Below are positions 1-10,665 of a stretch of DNA of 64,000 nt, piece after piece (positions within the stretch are counted from its first letter, which is position 1; every line of letters starts with the position of its first letter). Source of the stretch: Candidatus Babeliales bacterium (GTDB taxonomy: Bacteria > Babelota > Babeliae > Babelales > JANWKD01); contig CAVRJM010000001.1 of the NCBI GenBank assembly GCA_963722075.1, positions 1,152,001 through 1,216,000 on the forward strand, written 5' to 3'. A program made the position numbers and the translations under genes. The notes under the pieces are model-generated. The model saw only the letters and a program-made list of their open reading frames with translations. It made no database searches and had not been told where the DNA came from.

Positions 1-846
1 GTTAAGGTACCACTTGCATTACCCGCACGATTTTTGGAACCATTACAAATCACACTAAAAGGAATCATTGCATTAGCTGATGAAGTTGAGAATATCGCGC
101 TCATTCAAGATACTAAAACAAACGCAACAAAAAATTATAAATCAGGCGATAAAATCGAAGATGCTCAAATCATTAGAATTTTAAGCAATAAAATTATTTT
201 AGTGCGATCAAATGGGCAACAAGAAACATTATATGTCAGTCAATATGATGCAGAATTAGATCAACAACGTCATAGGCCAACCAGTTGGTCAACCATTGTA
301 CAAAAGAAGGAAGAGGATAATTATTTAGTTGATCCAACTGCTTTTTTAAAATTAATTCCAAATTTAGCTGAGTTTATTGATGTATTTAATTTAATTACGG
401 TGTATAAAAAGGGTAAAAGCATCGGATGCCGTGTCGGTATGTTGCCGCAAAAATCATTACCATTGGCACTTGGCTTGCAAACCGGCGATATTATTGAAGA
501 GATTAATGCAATACCAGCAACAACCACCGATTCTCGCTTTGAAATTTATCAAAAAGTAACGGCGCTTCAATTAGGTGACACAATAGAGGTAAAGCTTATG
601 AGAAATAATGATGAATTTATCATTACCTATACATTACAACAACTAGAAGAACCTACTTTATCACCCGCGCCATCGGGCTTGGAAAAATCAATGCAAGAAA
701 TTGAAGCTGAAAAAGTCGAACTGTTGCGCCAACAACATCAATTTGCACCAACATTAGAACAAATACGCATGCAGCAAAAGCGCGATATGGTGAACTATAG
801 TAATAGAAATCGACGTAATTTTAATTTGCTTAATCGTCAGCCATAA
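1..846 (+). CDS. gspC: Type II secretion protein GspC-like (HR + PDZ domain), 5'-truncated by window edge
   Basis: Frame open from position 1; HR-like LKGIIA...IALIQD...YKSGDKIEDAQIIRI; PDZ-like LGLQTGDIIEEINAI...VKLMRN; directly upstream of a secretin. Confidence 0.8.
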   Translation, partial: VKVPLALPARFLEPLQITLKGIIALADEVENIALIQDTKTNATKNYKSGDKIEDAQIIRILSNKIILVRSNGQQETLYVSQYDAELDQQRHRPTSWSTIVQKKEEDNYLVDPTAFLKLIPNLAEFIDVFNLITVYKKGKSIGCRVGMLPQKSLPLALGLQTGDIIEEINAIPATTTDSRFEIYQKVTALQLGDTIEVKLMRNNDEFIITYTLQQLEEPTLSPAPSGLEKSMQEIEAEKVELLRQQHQFAPTLEQIRMQQKRDMVNYSNRNRRNFNLLNRQP

Positions 847-860
847 AGTGGAAAAAAAGA

Positions 861-3659
861 ATGAAAATTAAGGGTAACAAATTATTTATCGTTCAAATAT
901 TAATGCTCATGCTCCTGACGCCTAGTGCTATGCTTATTGCTCAATTATCAACGGCACTTGCTCCAGCACTGCCTGCTGATTATAACCAACCAGCAAAAAG
1001 AAGAAGAGTCTCAAAGCGTGAACGATTACATAGCCATAATAAAGAAAACCATAATAAAGAAAAGAAACAACACCGGCGACGTTCTATAACAACAGCGCTC
1101 CCTTTCGTTGCCAATCCAACGGTGCTTAAAGAACAAGATGGTGACCCAGATAACACATTGAAAAATATTTCAATAACCCAGCAAGAGCTTGAACGAGTAT
1201 TTAAAACACAAGAAGATACCGAAGCTCATTTAATAAGAGATGTTTCTTCATTACGGCCCAAAGAAGCATTTGATGATGTTAATACCATCTCTATTAATTT
1301 AGAAAAAGCAGAGCTTACTAATCTACTTACCTGGATTGAATCAGTTTTTAAAGTAAAATTTTTAAGTGGCGACTCCATTAATCCTCCTGCTGCGGGCAAA
1401 GTATCTGGTAATCTTATAAGTTATAAAACACATAAACCTATGACTAAAAAAGATGTGTGGGATCTCTTTTTAAACTTCCTTGATCTTTTTGGCTTGACGA
1501 TTGTTGCAAATCATTATACCGATGATTATCCAGATTCTTATACGGTAATGCCACAAGATACTGCCAACCAAGCTGCGCTTCCTGCTTTTGTCGGCGTTGA
1601 TTGGAAAACGTTACCAAATAATGATGCTAAAATTCGTTATGTTTACTTTGTTGAAAATGGCCCTGCAGCAAATTTATCAAATTTAGTACAAGATCTTAAA
1701 AGCAAATCAGCAGTAGTGCAAACATTTAATGCGCTCAATGCTATCATATTTTCTGATAAATCAGTAAATATAAAATCATTGATGGCTATTATTTCCGAAC
1801 TTGATAATGTAAGCATGCCTGAAGCAATGTCGGTGTTAAAATTAAAACATGCCAATGCTGAAGATGTGGTTAATTTATATCAAAGCTTAGTTTCTACCGA
1901 AGAAAAAGGAAGCGTTGCGGCACGCCTTTTTGGCGCAAAAAAACAGCCAACCGCTGTTTATTTTCCTGAAGACACGCAACTTTTTGCAGAGCCGCGCAGT
2001 AACGCCTTAATTATTTTAGGAAACCGTGAAGGGATAGCTAAAGTAGAAAATTTTATTATTGAGTACGTTGATACAGAACTTAAACAACCGTATTCACCAC
2101 TGTATGTCCATAAATTAGAATATGCTAATTCTGATAACATGGCAGCCCTTTTAACCAAAGTAACTGGCTTTGCAAGCGGCACCCCCGCGGCCATCTATGG
2201 TGGTGTTCGTGGCGGCGATAAATATTTTAGACCAATGACCTTCATATCAGAGCCAAGCGGCAATAAATTACTTATTAAAGCCGAAAAGGATGATTATTTA
2301 AAAGTAAAAGAAATTATTAAAAAACTTGACGTTAAGCAACCGCAAGTGGCTATCGAAGTTCTTATTGTAAGCGTAAACGTTGATAAACTAAAATCACTTG
2401 GCGTACAATTACGAAATAAAGCACCCAACACGCTTGGTATTACCGATAATATAGCATTTCAAACCTCTGGATTAGGACTATCAGGAGCGCAAACACCTAT
2501 TGTAACTGATGCAAATGGTGGCCTCATGGGTAACTTAATTAGCTTAGCATCCAGTGCTAATAACTTTTTCAGCCCGGGCACCACGCTCATTTCAATTGGC
2601 AGTAATATAGTAGGCGGTGTTTGGGCACTTTTCCAAGCTTTGGAAACATATACCTTTGCAAACGTCGTTTCACATCCATTTTTGATTTCCACCAATAAAT
2701 ACACGGCACAAGTTTCGGTTGGTGAAATACGACGGGTAGCAACGGGTACAGTGACCGGCGCAGGACCAACCCAAAATACTCAAGGTGACGTTTCTGCAAA
2801 TCTATCCGTTTCAATTACGCCACAAATTAATAGTGACGGCATTATTAATCTTTCGATAGAAATAAGTATTGATACCTTCACCAGCCCCGATGCAACCAGC
2901 CCGACAAAAAATACGCGGGTAGTAAAAACCAATTCAAACTTAGCAAATGGTGAAATTCTGGCTATTGGTGGTCTTATTCAAGATACTATTTCAGAGTTGC
3001 AAACCGGCGTACCGCTCTTACAACGTGTTCCATTACTTGGTTGGTTCTTTAAAAATAGAACAAAAGATAAATCAAAAAATAACTTAGTAATCTTCATCTC
3101 ACCACAAATTGTACAACCACGCACACAAGGCGGCATTGGCGATTATTCACAGCAAAAAGCCATTCTTGCACAGGATGATATGTGTGCCATGCGCCATTGC
3201 TCTGAACAACGTGATCCAATCCATCGTTGGTTCTTTAGAGATTATCCATGCGAAGATACTGAAGCAATCGACGACTTTATTAATCCAAATGAATGCAACC
3301 TTATCAAAGCATATAATTGTAGAACAGGCCAAGAATACCCACTTGATTCAGTTGAAACTGATATGGCACGCTGTTGCGACACTCCTCCTTTTGTTGATAG
3401 TGGGCCATGTACACCAGATGGCGATCATGTTACCCCATTATGCGAGCCAACGTGCCCACGACCATGCCAACCAATAAGTCCATGCCCAGAGCGTGAATAT
3501 GCACCGATTATATGCGCTAATGAGCAACAATCAGTTACCATAATCCCTGAAAAAAATAATTTGCTTGCAATAAATGAAAATACCAATCCTAAAGGTACTT
3601 TAAAACGCAAACAATCAGTAACTGACTTTCTAGAAAAAAATACGGAGGTTAACGTATGA
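861..3659 (+). CDS. gspD: Secretin GspD (copy 1) with basic N-terminal and Cys-rich C-terminal extensions
   Basis: N-domain repeats (LKHANAEDV, AEPRSNALII), QVAIEVLIV, VPLLQRVPLLGWFFK, LVIFISPQIV secretin motifs; signal peptide. Confidence 0.9.
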   Translation: MKIKGNKLFIVQILMLMLLTPSAMLIAQLSTALAPALPADYNQPAKRRRVSKRERLHSHNKENHNKEKKQHRRRSITTALPFVANPTVLKEQDGDPDNTLKNISITQQELERVFKTQEDTEAHLIRDVSSLRPKEAFDDVNTISINLEKAELTNLLTWIESVFKVKFLSGDSINPPAAGKVSGNLISYKTHKPMTKKDVWDLFLNFLDLFGLTIVANHYTDDYPDSYTVMPQDTANQAALPAFVGVDWKTLPNNDAKIRYVYFVENGPAANLSNLVQDLKSKSAVVQTFNALNAIIFSDKSVNIKSLMAIISELDNVSMPEAMSVLKLKHANAEDVVNLYQSLVSTEEKGSVAARLFGAKKQPTAVYFPEDTQLFAEPRSNALIILGNREGIAKVENFIIEYVDTELKQPYSPLYVHKLEYANSDNMAALLTKVTGFASGTPAAIYGGVRGGDKYFRPMTFISEPSGNKLLIKAEKDDYLKVKEIIKKLDVKQPQVAIEVLIVSVNVDKLKSLGVQLRNKAPNTLGITDNIAFQTSGLGLSGAQTPIVTDANGGLMGNLISLASSANNFFSPGTTLISIGSNIVGGVWALFQALETYTFANVVSHPFLISTNKYTAQVSVGEIRRVATGTVTGAGPTQNTQGDVSANLSVSITPQINSDGIINLSIEISIDTFTSPDATSPTKNTRVVKTNSNLANGEILAIGGLIQDTISELQTGVPLLQRVPLLGWFFKNRTKDKSKNNLVIFISPQIVQPRTQGGIGDYSQQKAILAQDDMCAMRHCSEQRDPIHRWFFRDYPCEDTEAIDDFINPNECNLIKAYNCRTGQEYPLDSVETDMARCCDTPPFVDSGPCTPDGDHVTPLCEPTCPRPCQPISPCPEREYAPIICANEQQSVTIIPEKNNLLAINENTNPKGTLKRKQSVTDFLEKNTEVNV

Positions 3660-5293
3660 TTGGCCGATTGATAAAAAATGTCTTAATTCCTGAACGTATT
3701 GGCTCTTATTACTTAATCCCACAACGCATCATTGGGTTTGACATTAACAAAACGAGCATTCATGTCACTCAATTAATTCGACGGGGAAATGCTATTGTAT
3801 TAGAAAAATTTATCGATCAACCATTAGAACTTGAGCCAACCGCACCCTATAACGAACGGGTAAGTAGTACCATACGTACTATTTTAAATAAAGTTGACCG
3901 CTACGATATTATTCGCAGTTCAATTGCTAGTTCTACTGCCATATTTAAAGAATTAACGCTCCCCTTTACTGATCCTGAAAAAATTAATATGGTACTCAAT
4001 TTTGAAATAGAGCCCTTTTTACCGTTCCCCATTACGCAAACGGTTGTAGATTTCATTATCACGCACACTAATAGCGCACAGCAGCAATCAACCGTACTAG
4101 CGGCAGCCGTTAAAAAAGAATATATTGCGGAACATATAAACTATTTTGAACAAGCAGGGGTATTACCAAATGTACTCACCGTTGATTTATTTGATTTATA
4201 CGGCCTTTATAAATATATCCCTCGCTATGCTCAAGAACCTAAAAATAATGTACTCATCGATATTGGTTTTAATACAATACGAATCGCTTATATCGTCGAA
4301 GGCAAGCTAACGCTCGTGAGAACCTTAGCAAAAGGAATTTCAACGTGGGCTAAAAATGTTAGTCAACTCACCTCAATTACGCCACAAGAAGCATTAGAAA
4401 AAATTATTCGGTTTGGATTAGAGCATAATAATGATCAGGCTTACAATACCGCTATTAAGGAATCAATACTTTCTACCTTAACTGAATTACGATTCACGCT
4501 CGATTCCTTTATTGCTCAAACAAAAACAGATCAATCCATTAATAAGATATTTTTACTCGGTCAAGGTGCTGAAATTGCCGATATTAGCAGTTTTTTTAGT
4601 AAGCAGTTACATATTACTGGTGAGCTATTTGAAGTTAATGAATTATTAAAAACAAGATCTGTTTCATTAAAAAATGAAAACCGTATACCGCGCTATGCCA
4701 TTTTAAGCTTAAGTACCGCTATTACTACGCCGACCACTGAACGATTTAATTTACTTAAACAAGAATTTGCACCCGCGCATCTCTCGCTTTTTTATAAGCA
4801 ACTTGGTACTGCTGCGCTCTTTTTGTTATTAATTTTTGGCAGCATGTTTGCCTATACCTGGTGGCAAGTAAGTTCATTAAAAAAAACCGCACAATCATTT
4901 GAAAGTGAAATAGCAACCTTACTTAATCAACGAGGACTTGCCAAATCTAAAAACATGAACGATGCCATTAAACAAGCGGAAGAAAAAGTAAGCCAAGAAG
5001 AATCAATTTGGTTTGCATTCTCCAGCCAAACGCGCTTTTCCTTTTTAAAATATTTGCAAGATATTAGTAGTGCTTTGGACCGCGAAGCAACGGGATTGGT
5101 ACTTAAAAAATTAATTATTACTGAACAAGAACCACGCAGCATGGTATTAGAGGGAGAAGTAGCTGATTTTGATGCTTTAAAAATATTAGAACGGGAATTA
5201 AAGCAATCGAATTTATTTACGAGCATCCCCAGCTTACAATCAACTAAATTTAATTTACCATTAACCTTTAAAAAAGCAGGAGAACCTTCGTAA
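3656..5293 (+). CDS. PilM/GspL-like actin-fold protein fused to TM + PilN/GspL-like periplasmic domain
   Basis: IGFDINKTSI, LIDIGFNTI, IFLLGQGA actin-like PilM motifs; TM near aa 385-403; C-terminal LEGEVADFDALK; ATGA overlap with gspD1. Confidence 0.8.
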   Translation: MIGRLIKNVLIPERIGSYYLIPQRIIGFDINKTSIHVTQLIRRGNAIVLEKFIDQPLELEPTAPYNERVSSTIRTILNKVDRYDIIRSSIASSTAIFKELTLPFTDPEKINMVLNFEIEPFLPFPITQTVVDFIITHTNSAQQQSTVLAAAVKKEYIAEHINYFEQAGVLPNVLTVDLFDLYGLYKYIPRYAQEPKNNVLIDIGFNTIRIAYIVEGKLTLVRTLAKGISTWAKNVSQLTSITPQEALEKIIRFGLEHNNDQAYNTAIKESILSTLTELRFTLDSFIAQTKTDQSINKIFLLGQGAEIADISSFFSKQLHITGELFEVNELLKTRSVSLKNENRIPRYAILSLSTAITTPTTERFNLLKQEFAPAHLSLFYKQLGTAALFLLLIFGSMFAYTWWQVSSLKKTAQSFESEIATLLNQRGLAKSKNMNDAIKQAEEKVSQEESIWFAFSSQTRFSFLKYLQDISSALDREATGLVLKKLIITEQEPRSMVLEGEVADFDALKILERELKQSNLFTSIPSLQSTKFNLPLTFKKAGEPS

Positions 5294-5862
5294 TGGCTTT
5301 TTTTGTTTCGATAAAGGACTATTTAGATAATTTAGAGTCAAAAGATTTTAAAAAATATGTAACAATCGGTCTTGCTATTGTATTACTATTAGCAGGACTC
5401 TTAATGGTCCAATATTACCGATCAGTGTGGGCTTTACAATCACGCATTGCTGTTATTAATAAGCGACGACGTGATGTACAAAATATGCTTGAACGATTTG
5501 AGCGCGTAAAAAAACAGCAAATTGAAGTAAACACAAGCTTGGCTAAAGAAAAAGATTTTAAAATTTCACAATTCTTTGAAAATTTACTGCAAAAACTCGG
5601 GATTGATAAAAATAAAACCCAACAACCTGAAACGCTTCCAAAGGATGTTCTAGATGGATATACCGAATGGACGCTCTATGTTAACTTATCCAATTTGAAT
5701 ACTAAAAAATTGAGTGAACTTTTATACGCAATTGAACAAGAAGAACGAATTTACACCAAAGAATTAGAGATAGAAAAATCAACTAAAAGCAATGCGATTA
5801 ATGTAAAAATTACTATAGCAACGTTGGAACCTAAAGCGGAATTACAAAAAATTACAGAGTAA
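5293..5862 (+). CDS. GspM/PilO-like inner-membrane platform protein
   Basis: N-terminal TM, coiled coil, ferredoxin-like C-terminus (LSNLNTKKLSELLYAIE); TAATG coupling; operon position. Confidence 0.7.
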   Translation: MAFFVSIKDYLDNLESKDFKKYVTIGLAIVLLLAGLLMVQYYRSVWALQSRIAVINKRRRDVQNMLERFERVKKQQIEVNTSLAKEKDFKISQFFENLLQKLGIDKNKTQQPETLPKDVLDGYTEWTLYVNLSNLNTKKLSELLYAIEQEERIYTKELEIEKSTKSNAINVKITIATLEPKAELQKITE

Positions 5863-5865
5863 ATT

Positions 5866-8265
5866 ATGATATCTATAAAATTTTTATTCATGTTCCTTTT
5901 ATTCGTAATAACTCATTGTTCAAATAGCACTGCTGACAATGAAACTCCTGCTGATATAAAACAAGTGCTTGAAGAAAAATTAAATCTCCAACCAGTAGAA
6001 GTACCTATTGCCCCGGAACAAGAAATTAAACCAATTGAAAAAAAATATACATTCAATTACCAAGATGTTCCTTTGACGGATATCATTAATGAGTGGGCAA
6101 CAGAAAATAAGCTTAACGTTTTACTACCACAAGGATCTCAAGCAATTACCACAAAAATTAAATATGCACTACCGTATAAAGTTACGAAAGAACAGTTTAC
6201 TGAAGAACTATATAAACTATTAGAATTCGCTGGATATTCATGGGAAGTAAAAAACAATCAATTAACTATTATTAAAATTGATGCCAATACTCAACGCGAA
6301 CCGCTCACGCTTTATATCAATCCCATGCTTGAAGAAATACCCGATACGGGGCAAGTCATTCAGGCAATTTTTTATTTATCCAATTTAAAAGTTAAAGATC
6401 CTAATAGCCCACTTGACGCACTACTAAAAGGGCAAACAGGAATGCTCTCAACAAACGCGTCCTTAAAAGTTGATGAAAAAACAAATGCATTAATTATCAT
6501 TGATAAGGCAAACACAATTCGCGCTGCGATGACTATTATTCGCCAACTTGATTTAGAAGGAATTCCAGATGCTATTGAAGTATTGCCGCTGTATTACGTA
6601 CAAGCAAATTATATTGAAACGTTATTTAAACAACTTTTTACCACCACGCCACAAGTAGCTACGGCTCCCGGAACGCGTGAAGCTGCTACTAAAACCAGTA
6701 CCTATTTTCCTCCCAATACAAAAGTATTAGCACTCAATCGCACCAATACCATTGTTATTATGGGCTCAGTGCGCGCTATCAGGATTGTTAAAGAATTTAT
6801 TATTAAATACATTGACCATCCGCTGGATTCTGGTAAATCAATTTTACATATTTACGAACTGCAGTATCTTAACGCAGAAGAATCTGCCCCAATTTTACAA
6901 CAGCTTGTTAATAAAAAAGAAACAGGGCAAGCACAAACACAAGCAGCTGCTGGGCCAACCCGCGATTTTATGGATGTCATTATTGAGGCAGAAAAAACAA
7001 GTATTACTGCTGCGATTGCACCGACAACTGCTGAAGGAGCACCCGCTGCAGCGGTGTCTGAAGGCGTTCAACAAGGTGGAAACCGCCTCATTATCGCTGC
7101 ACGCAAAAAAGATTGGCAACGGATTAAAAAGTTAATTGAAGAACTTGATACCCCGGTCCCACAAGTGGCGATTGAAGTATTAGTGGTAGATCTAAGCCTT
7201 AATGAAAATAAGGTGCTTGGTGATCAAATGCGCAATAAGAGTGGCTTTAATTCAAGTCTTTCAAATAACATCAATTTCCAAACGGCTAATTTAGCAGCAC
7301 CCATTATTCAACCGGCAAATAATATCATTAATGCCAGCGGTGAAACAGTAAGCTCATTCCCTGCAAACGCACTTGCCTCAAATTTATTACAGTTTATTAC
7401 TGATAATACAAATCTAGCAAACGTTGCTACACCAGGATCATTAGTTATATCATTTAATGATCCCAATGGCAGCGGCATTTGGAATGTTATACAATTGCTT
7501 GATAAATATACTAATAATACTATTTTGACCCAACCGTTTATTGTTACCACTGATAATAAACAAGCAACCATTTCGCTTTCAGAAGATCGTCTTTTAGAGG
7601 GTGGTGCCAATACTGATGGTGGTGCTATTACCGTAAAAAATGAATATGTAACTGCTGCTACTTCAATTGATATTCTCCCCACTATTAGCGTTGGTACTAA
7701 AAATATTAATTTGCAACTTAATATTACCGTTAACACCTTTATTTCAAATGCAAATAACCGCGCATCACGCCTTATTCAAACAAATGCTAATGTCGGTGAT
7801 GGTGAAGTATTAGCGCTCGGTGGATTAATTACCACCACTGATAGCGTAACGGAATTTGACACACCACTTCTAGCACGCATCCCTTTACTGGGCTGGTTCT
7901 TTAAACGCCGTAGTAAAACACGCATTAAAACAAATCTTATGATTTTTATCTCTCCAAAAATAATTCAACCTCGTATTGGCGGTGGGGCTGATACATACAC
8001 GGAGAATAAATTGTGCTTTGTTGAAACGCAACTGCAAGACGAAGCTAATTTTGAAGATTTACGAGATCCGATCACCCGTTGGTTCTTTAAACCTAATGTT
8101 AATTTCGCCCACGATGTTATTGATGATTACGTTGAACAACAAGCTTCATATCCCATTGAGCCTAAAAAAGTAAATGTAGAAAAAGAACAATTAAAAGAAT
8201 TAAAAGAGCTTATACAAGGACAAGACAATCCGGTATTAAAACTCAGTCAGCAAGGTGCCAGTTAA
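5866..8265 (+). CDS. gspD: Secretin GspD (copy 2)
   Basis: FNYQDVPLTDII N0 domain, QVAIEVLVV, TPLLARIPLLGWFFK, LMIFISPKII. Confidence 0.9.
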   Translation: MISIKFLFMFLLFVITHCSNSTADNETPADIKQVLEEKLNLQPVEVPIAPEQEIKPIEKKYTFNYQDVPLTDIINEWATENKLNVLLPQGSQAITTKIKYALPYKVTKEQFTEELYKLLEFAGYSWEVKNNQLTIIKIDANTQREPLTLYINPMLEEIPDTGQVIQAIFYLSNLKVKDPNSPLDALLKGQTGMLSTNASLKVDEKTNALIIIDKANTIRAAMTIIRQLDLEGIPDAIEVLPLYYVQANYIETLFKQLFTTTPQVATAPGTREAATKTSTYFPPNTKVLALNRTNTIVIMGSVRAIRIVKEFIIKYIDHPLDSGKSILHIYELQYLNAEESAPILQQLVNKKETGQAQTQAAAGPTRDFMDVIIEAEKTSITAAIAPTTAEGAPAAAVSEGVQQGGNRLIIAARKKDWQRIKKLIEELDTPVPQVAIEVLVVDLSLNENKVLGDQMRNKSGFNSSLSNNINFQTANLAAPIIQPANNIINASGETVSSFPANALASNLLQFITDNTNLANVATPGSLVISFNDPNGSGIWNVIQLLDKYTNNTILTQPFIVTTDNKQATISLSEDRLLEGGANTDGGAITVKNEYVTAATSIDILPTISVGTKNINLQLNITVNTFISNANNRASRLIQTNANVGDGEVLALGGLITTTDSVTEFDTPLLARIPLLGWFFKRRSKTRIKTNLMIFISPKIIQPRIGGGADTYTENKLCFVETQLQDEANFEDLRDPITRWFFKPNVNFAHDVIDDYVEQQASYPIEPKKVNVEKEQLKELKELIQGQDNPVLKLSQQGAS

Positions 8266-9489
8266 ACGATCTTCAATACGCAGCAAGCGGTTATATTTTG
8301 CAAGATTTTCTGAACGTGAGCACCCGCCAGCTTTTATTTGACCAACGCTGGTTGCTACGGTTAAATCGGCAATAAAAGAATCTTCCGTTTCGCCCGAACG
8401 ATGAGAAATGATAACATTCATCTGATCATTAACGCATTCTTTAATGGCATAGAGGGATTCACTAACGGTACCTAATTGATTTGGTTTGATGAGCGCCGTA
8501 TTGGCAGCACCCATTAAGATACCATGTTTAATACGGGCAACGGAGCTTGCAAATAAATCATCACCTACTAATTGAATCTTACTTCCCAATGCCTGATTTA
8601 ATGCTACCCATCCTTGCCAATCATCTTGATCTAACCCATCTTCAATAGAATAAATAGGATATGCTTCAACAAGATTTATGTAGAATTTTATTAATTCTTC
8701 CGCAGTTAAAAAATCATCATGCCATTGATAACACCGCGTTTTTTTATCATAAAATTGTGATGCAGCCACATCGATAGCTATAGCAAATTGATCACCATCG
8801 CCAATTTTTGAAATAATATCTACCATAAAATCAAGCGCTTCCATTTCATCATCAAACGCAGCACCAAACCCACCTTCATCACCAACTGAGATATTTTTAC
8901 CTGCTGCTTGCAGACTCTTTTGCAGTTCATGAAAAAAGGTAACGCCGAGTTCCATCGCTTCTCTGAAATTATTGCCTTTGACCGGAACTATCATAAATTC
9001 TTGTATACGCAATCCATTATTAGCATGTGCGCCACCATTAATAACATTAAAGAGTGGGTAGGGAAGGCTTATTGATTCGGCACCATATAAATGAGCAAGG
9101 AGTTCATATAACTCCATATTTTCAACAACCGCTTGCGCTTTAACTATTGCTTGACTGACTGCTAGCATCGTATTAGCACCGAGCTTTTTTTTCTGTTCAG
9201 TGCCATCTAAGTTAAGTAAAAACTCATCTGCTTTAAATAAATCTGGTTTTTTAAAAAGAAGCTCTGGTGCAATTTTTTTTTCGATGCATTCTATTGCCTT
9301 TAGTACCCCTTTACCAAAAAGACGAGAACCGCCATCGCGCAATTCAAACGCCTCATGAGCACCTTTTGATGCACCAGAAGGAACAGAAGCTATAACCGAT
9401 CTATCATTATCTAAGACAATCTGGCATTCCAGCGTAGGAAAGCCGCGTGAATCATAAATCTCGCGCGCTATAATTTGGGCTATTTTCAT
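8236..9489 (-). CDS. eno: Enolase
   Basis: AREIYDSRGFPT, VPSGAS, GDEGGF, SHRSGETED, KYNRLLRIE. Confidence 0.98.
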   Translation of the reverse strand: MKIAQIIAREIYDSRGFPTLECQIVLDNDRSVIASVPSGASKGAHEAFELRDGGSRLFGKGVLKAIECIEKKIAPELLFKKPDLFKADEFLLNLDGTEQKKKLGANTMLAVSQAIVKAQAVVENMELYELLAHLYGAESISLPYPLFNVINGGAHANNGLRIQEFMIVPVKGNNFREAMELGVTFFHELQKSLQAAGKNISVGDEGGFGAAFDDEMEALDFMVDIISKIGDGDQFAIAIDVAASQFYDKKTRCYQWHDDFLTAEELIKFYINLVEAYPIYSIEDGLDQDDWQGWVALNQALGSKIQLVGDDLFASSVARIKHGILMGAANTALIKPNQLGTVSESLYAIKECVNDQMNVIISHRSGETEDSFIADLTVATSVGQIKAGGCSRSENLAKYNRLLRIEDRLTGTLLTEF

Positions 9490-9500
9490 TTTTAACCTTA

Positions 9501-10199
9501 TTAAGTAGTTAATAATTGAAATAGTTGATCAAGCTTTATTTTAAGTGAATTTAATGTTGTTGAAACAACATCAGCATGTTGTACCGGTACATTCGCCTCT
9601 TTAACAGGAACAGCAGCTACCGTTTCAACTGGTTTTTTTATTTGTGTTGGCACTGCTGTTGAAATTTGTTGAGCTGGAAGACCTTTCATTGTAGTAATAT
9701 AGGAAGCAATGAATTGTGATGCGTCAAGTTTACCTTCAAGATTCTCCTTAAAAAGTGCAGAATCAGGAAAAAGATTATATTGCTTATCACCTTTCTTAAC
9801 ACTACCTTTCCTTATAACTTCCCGTAAATCGATCCATATAAAATTATTATCTAAAACTGCTTCTGTGATAAATTTTTTTAAAGGAACCATAATTACCCGG
9901 TTCCCTCGGTAGGTTACCGTTTCTGCATAGCGCTCTATAAATTGTTCGTCAATAATCTCATTAAATTGTTCTTTAAAAACTCCCTGAAGAATAGGTATTG
10001 TTTGTACTATTACTTGCTCCCTGTTTATTGCCGGTTGCGCATTAAATGCTATTCCCGGCCAAAGCACTGCACCATCATAAACGAATAAACCGTATATTTT
10101 ACCAGAATTGTTATCATAAAAAACTGGTAATACATATTCTTTTGCACCAAATAAAAAGATACTTTGACCTAAAAACAAAATAAATAATATTTTTTTCAT
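9501..10199 (-). CDS. Hypothetical secreted protein
   Basis: 232-aa ORF with Sec-type signal peptide MKKILFILFLGQSIFLFG. Confidence 0.7.
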   Translation of the reverse strand: MKKILFILFLGQSIFLFGAKEYVLPVFYDNNSGKIYGLFVYDGAVLWPGIAFNAQPAINREQVIVQTIPILQGVFKEQFNEIIDEQFIERYAETVTYRGNRVIMVPLKKFITEAVLDNNFIWIDLREVIRKGSVKKGDKQYNLFPDSALFKENLEGKLDASQFIASYITTMKGLPAQQISTAVPTQIKKPVETVAAVPVKEANVPVQHADVVSTTLNSLKIKLDQLFQLLTT

Positions 10200-10341
10200 A
10201 ATTTTCTTCCTTTTAACTTTTTAAACCGGTTAATGCTATTATTTAATGATGTTACCTATCTCTGGGTATCAATTTCAAGATTATTGCTCTTTGAACAGCC
10301 AATTTATTATACTATAAGAATAAAGGGAGGCATCTAAAACT

Positions 10342-10665
10342 ATGGAATATTTGGTTTTTTTACAAGGCACGCTGATTTTTTTCCCATTAATAGCCTTAAT
10401 TCTATCAATCTTTATTGCGCTTATTAGTTTTATATTTCTAAAATTATTTAGGCGTCCAACACCACCATTATCACTAAAAAATTTTGGGGCTTTATACATT
10501 ATGATACTTGCAGGCCTTGAAATTTATTTTTTACTTTCCCTAGCCTTACAGGCACTTGGCTTTAACCCTGAATCACGGCGCTATTTCTTTACACTCATTG
10601 CAATCTTGTTTTTCACTTTAGCGCAGCTCTATAATTATTTTATATTAAAGAAAAAGGGTAATTAA
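10342..10665 (+). CDS. Small 3-TM membrane protein
   Basis: GGAGG RBS upstream; three hydrophobic helices. Confidence 0.7.
   Translation: MEYLVFLQGTLIFFPLIALILSIFIALISFIFLKLFRRPTPPLSLKNFGALYIMILAGLEIYFLLSLALQALGFNPESRRYFFTLIAILFFTLAQLYNYFILKKKGN

Noticed and set aside
8236..8265. Convergent 3' overlaps (gspD2/eno and others) as regulatory features
   Set aside because: Short tail-to-tail overlaps recur throughout this compact AT-rich genome
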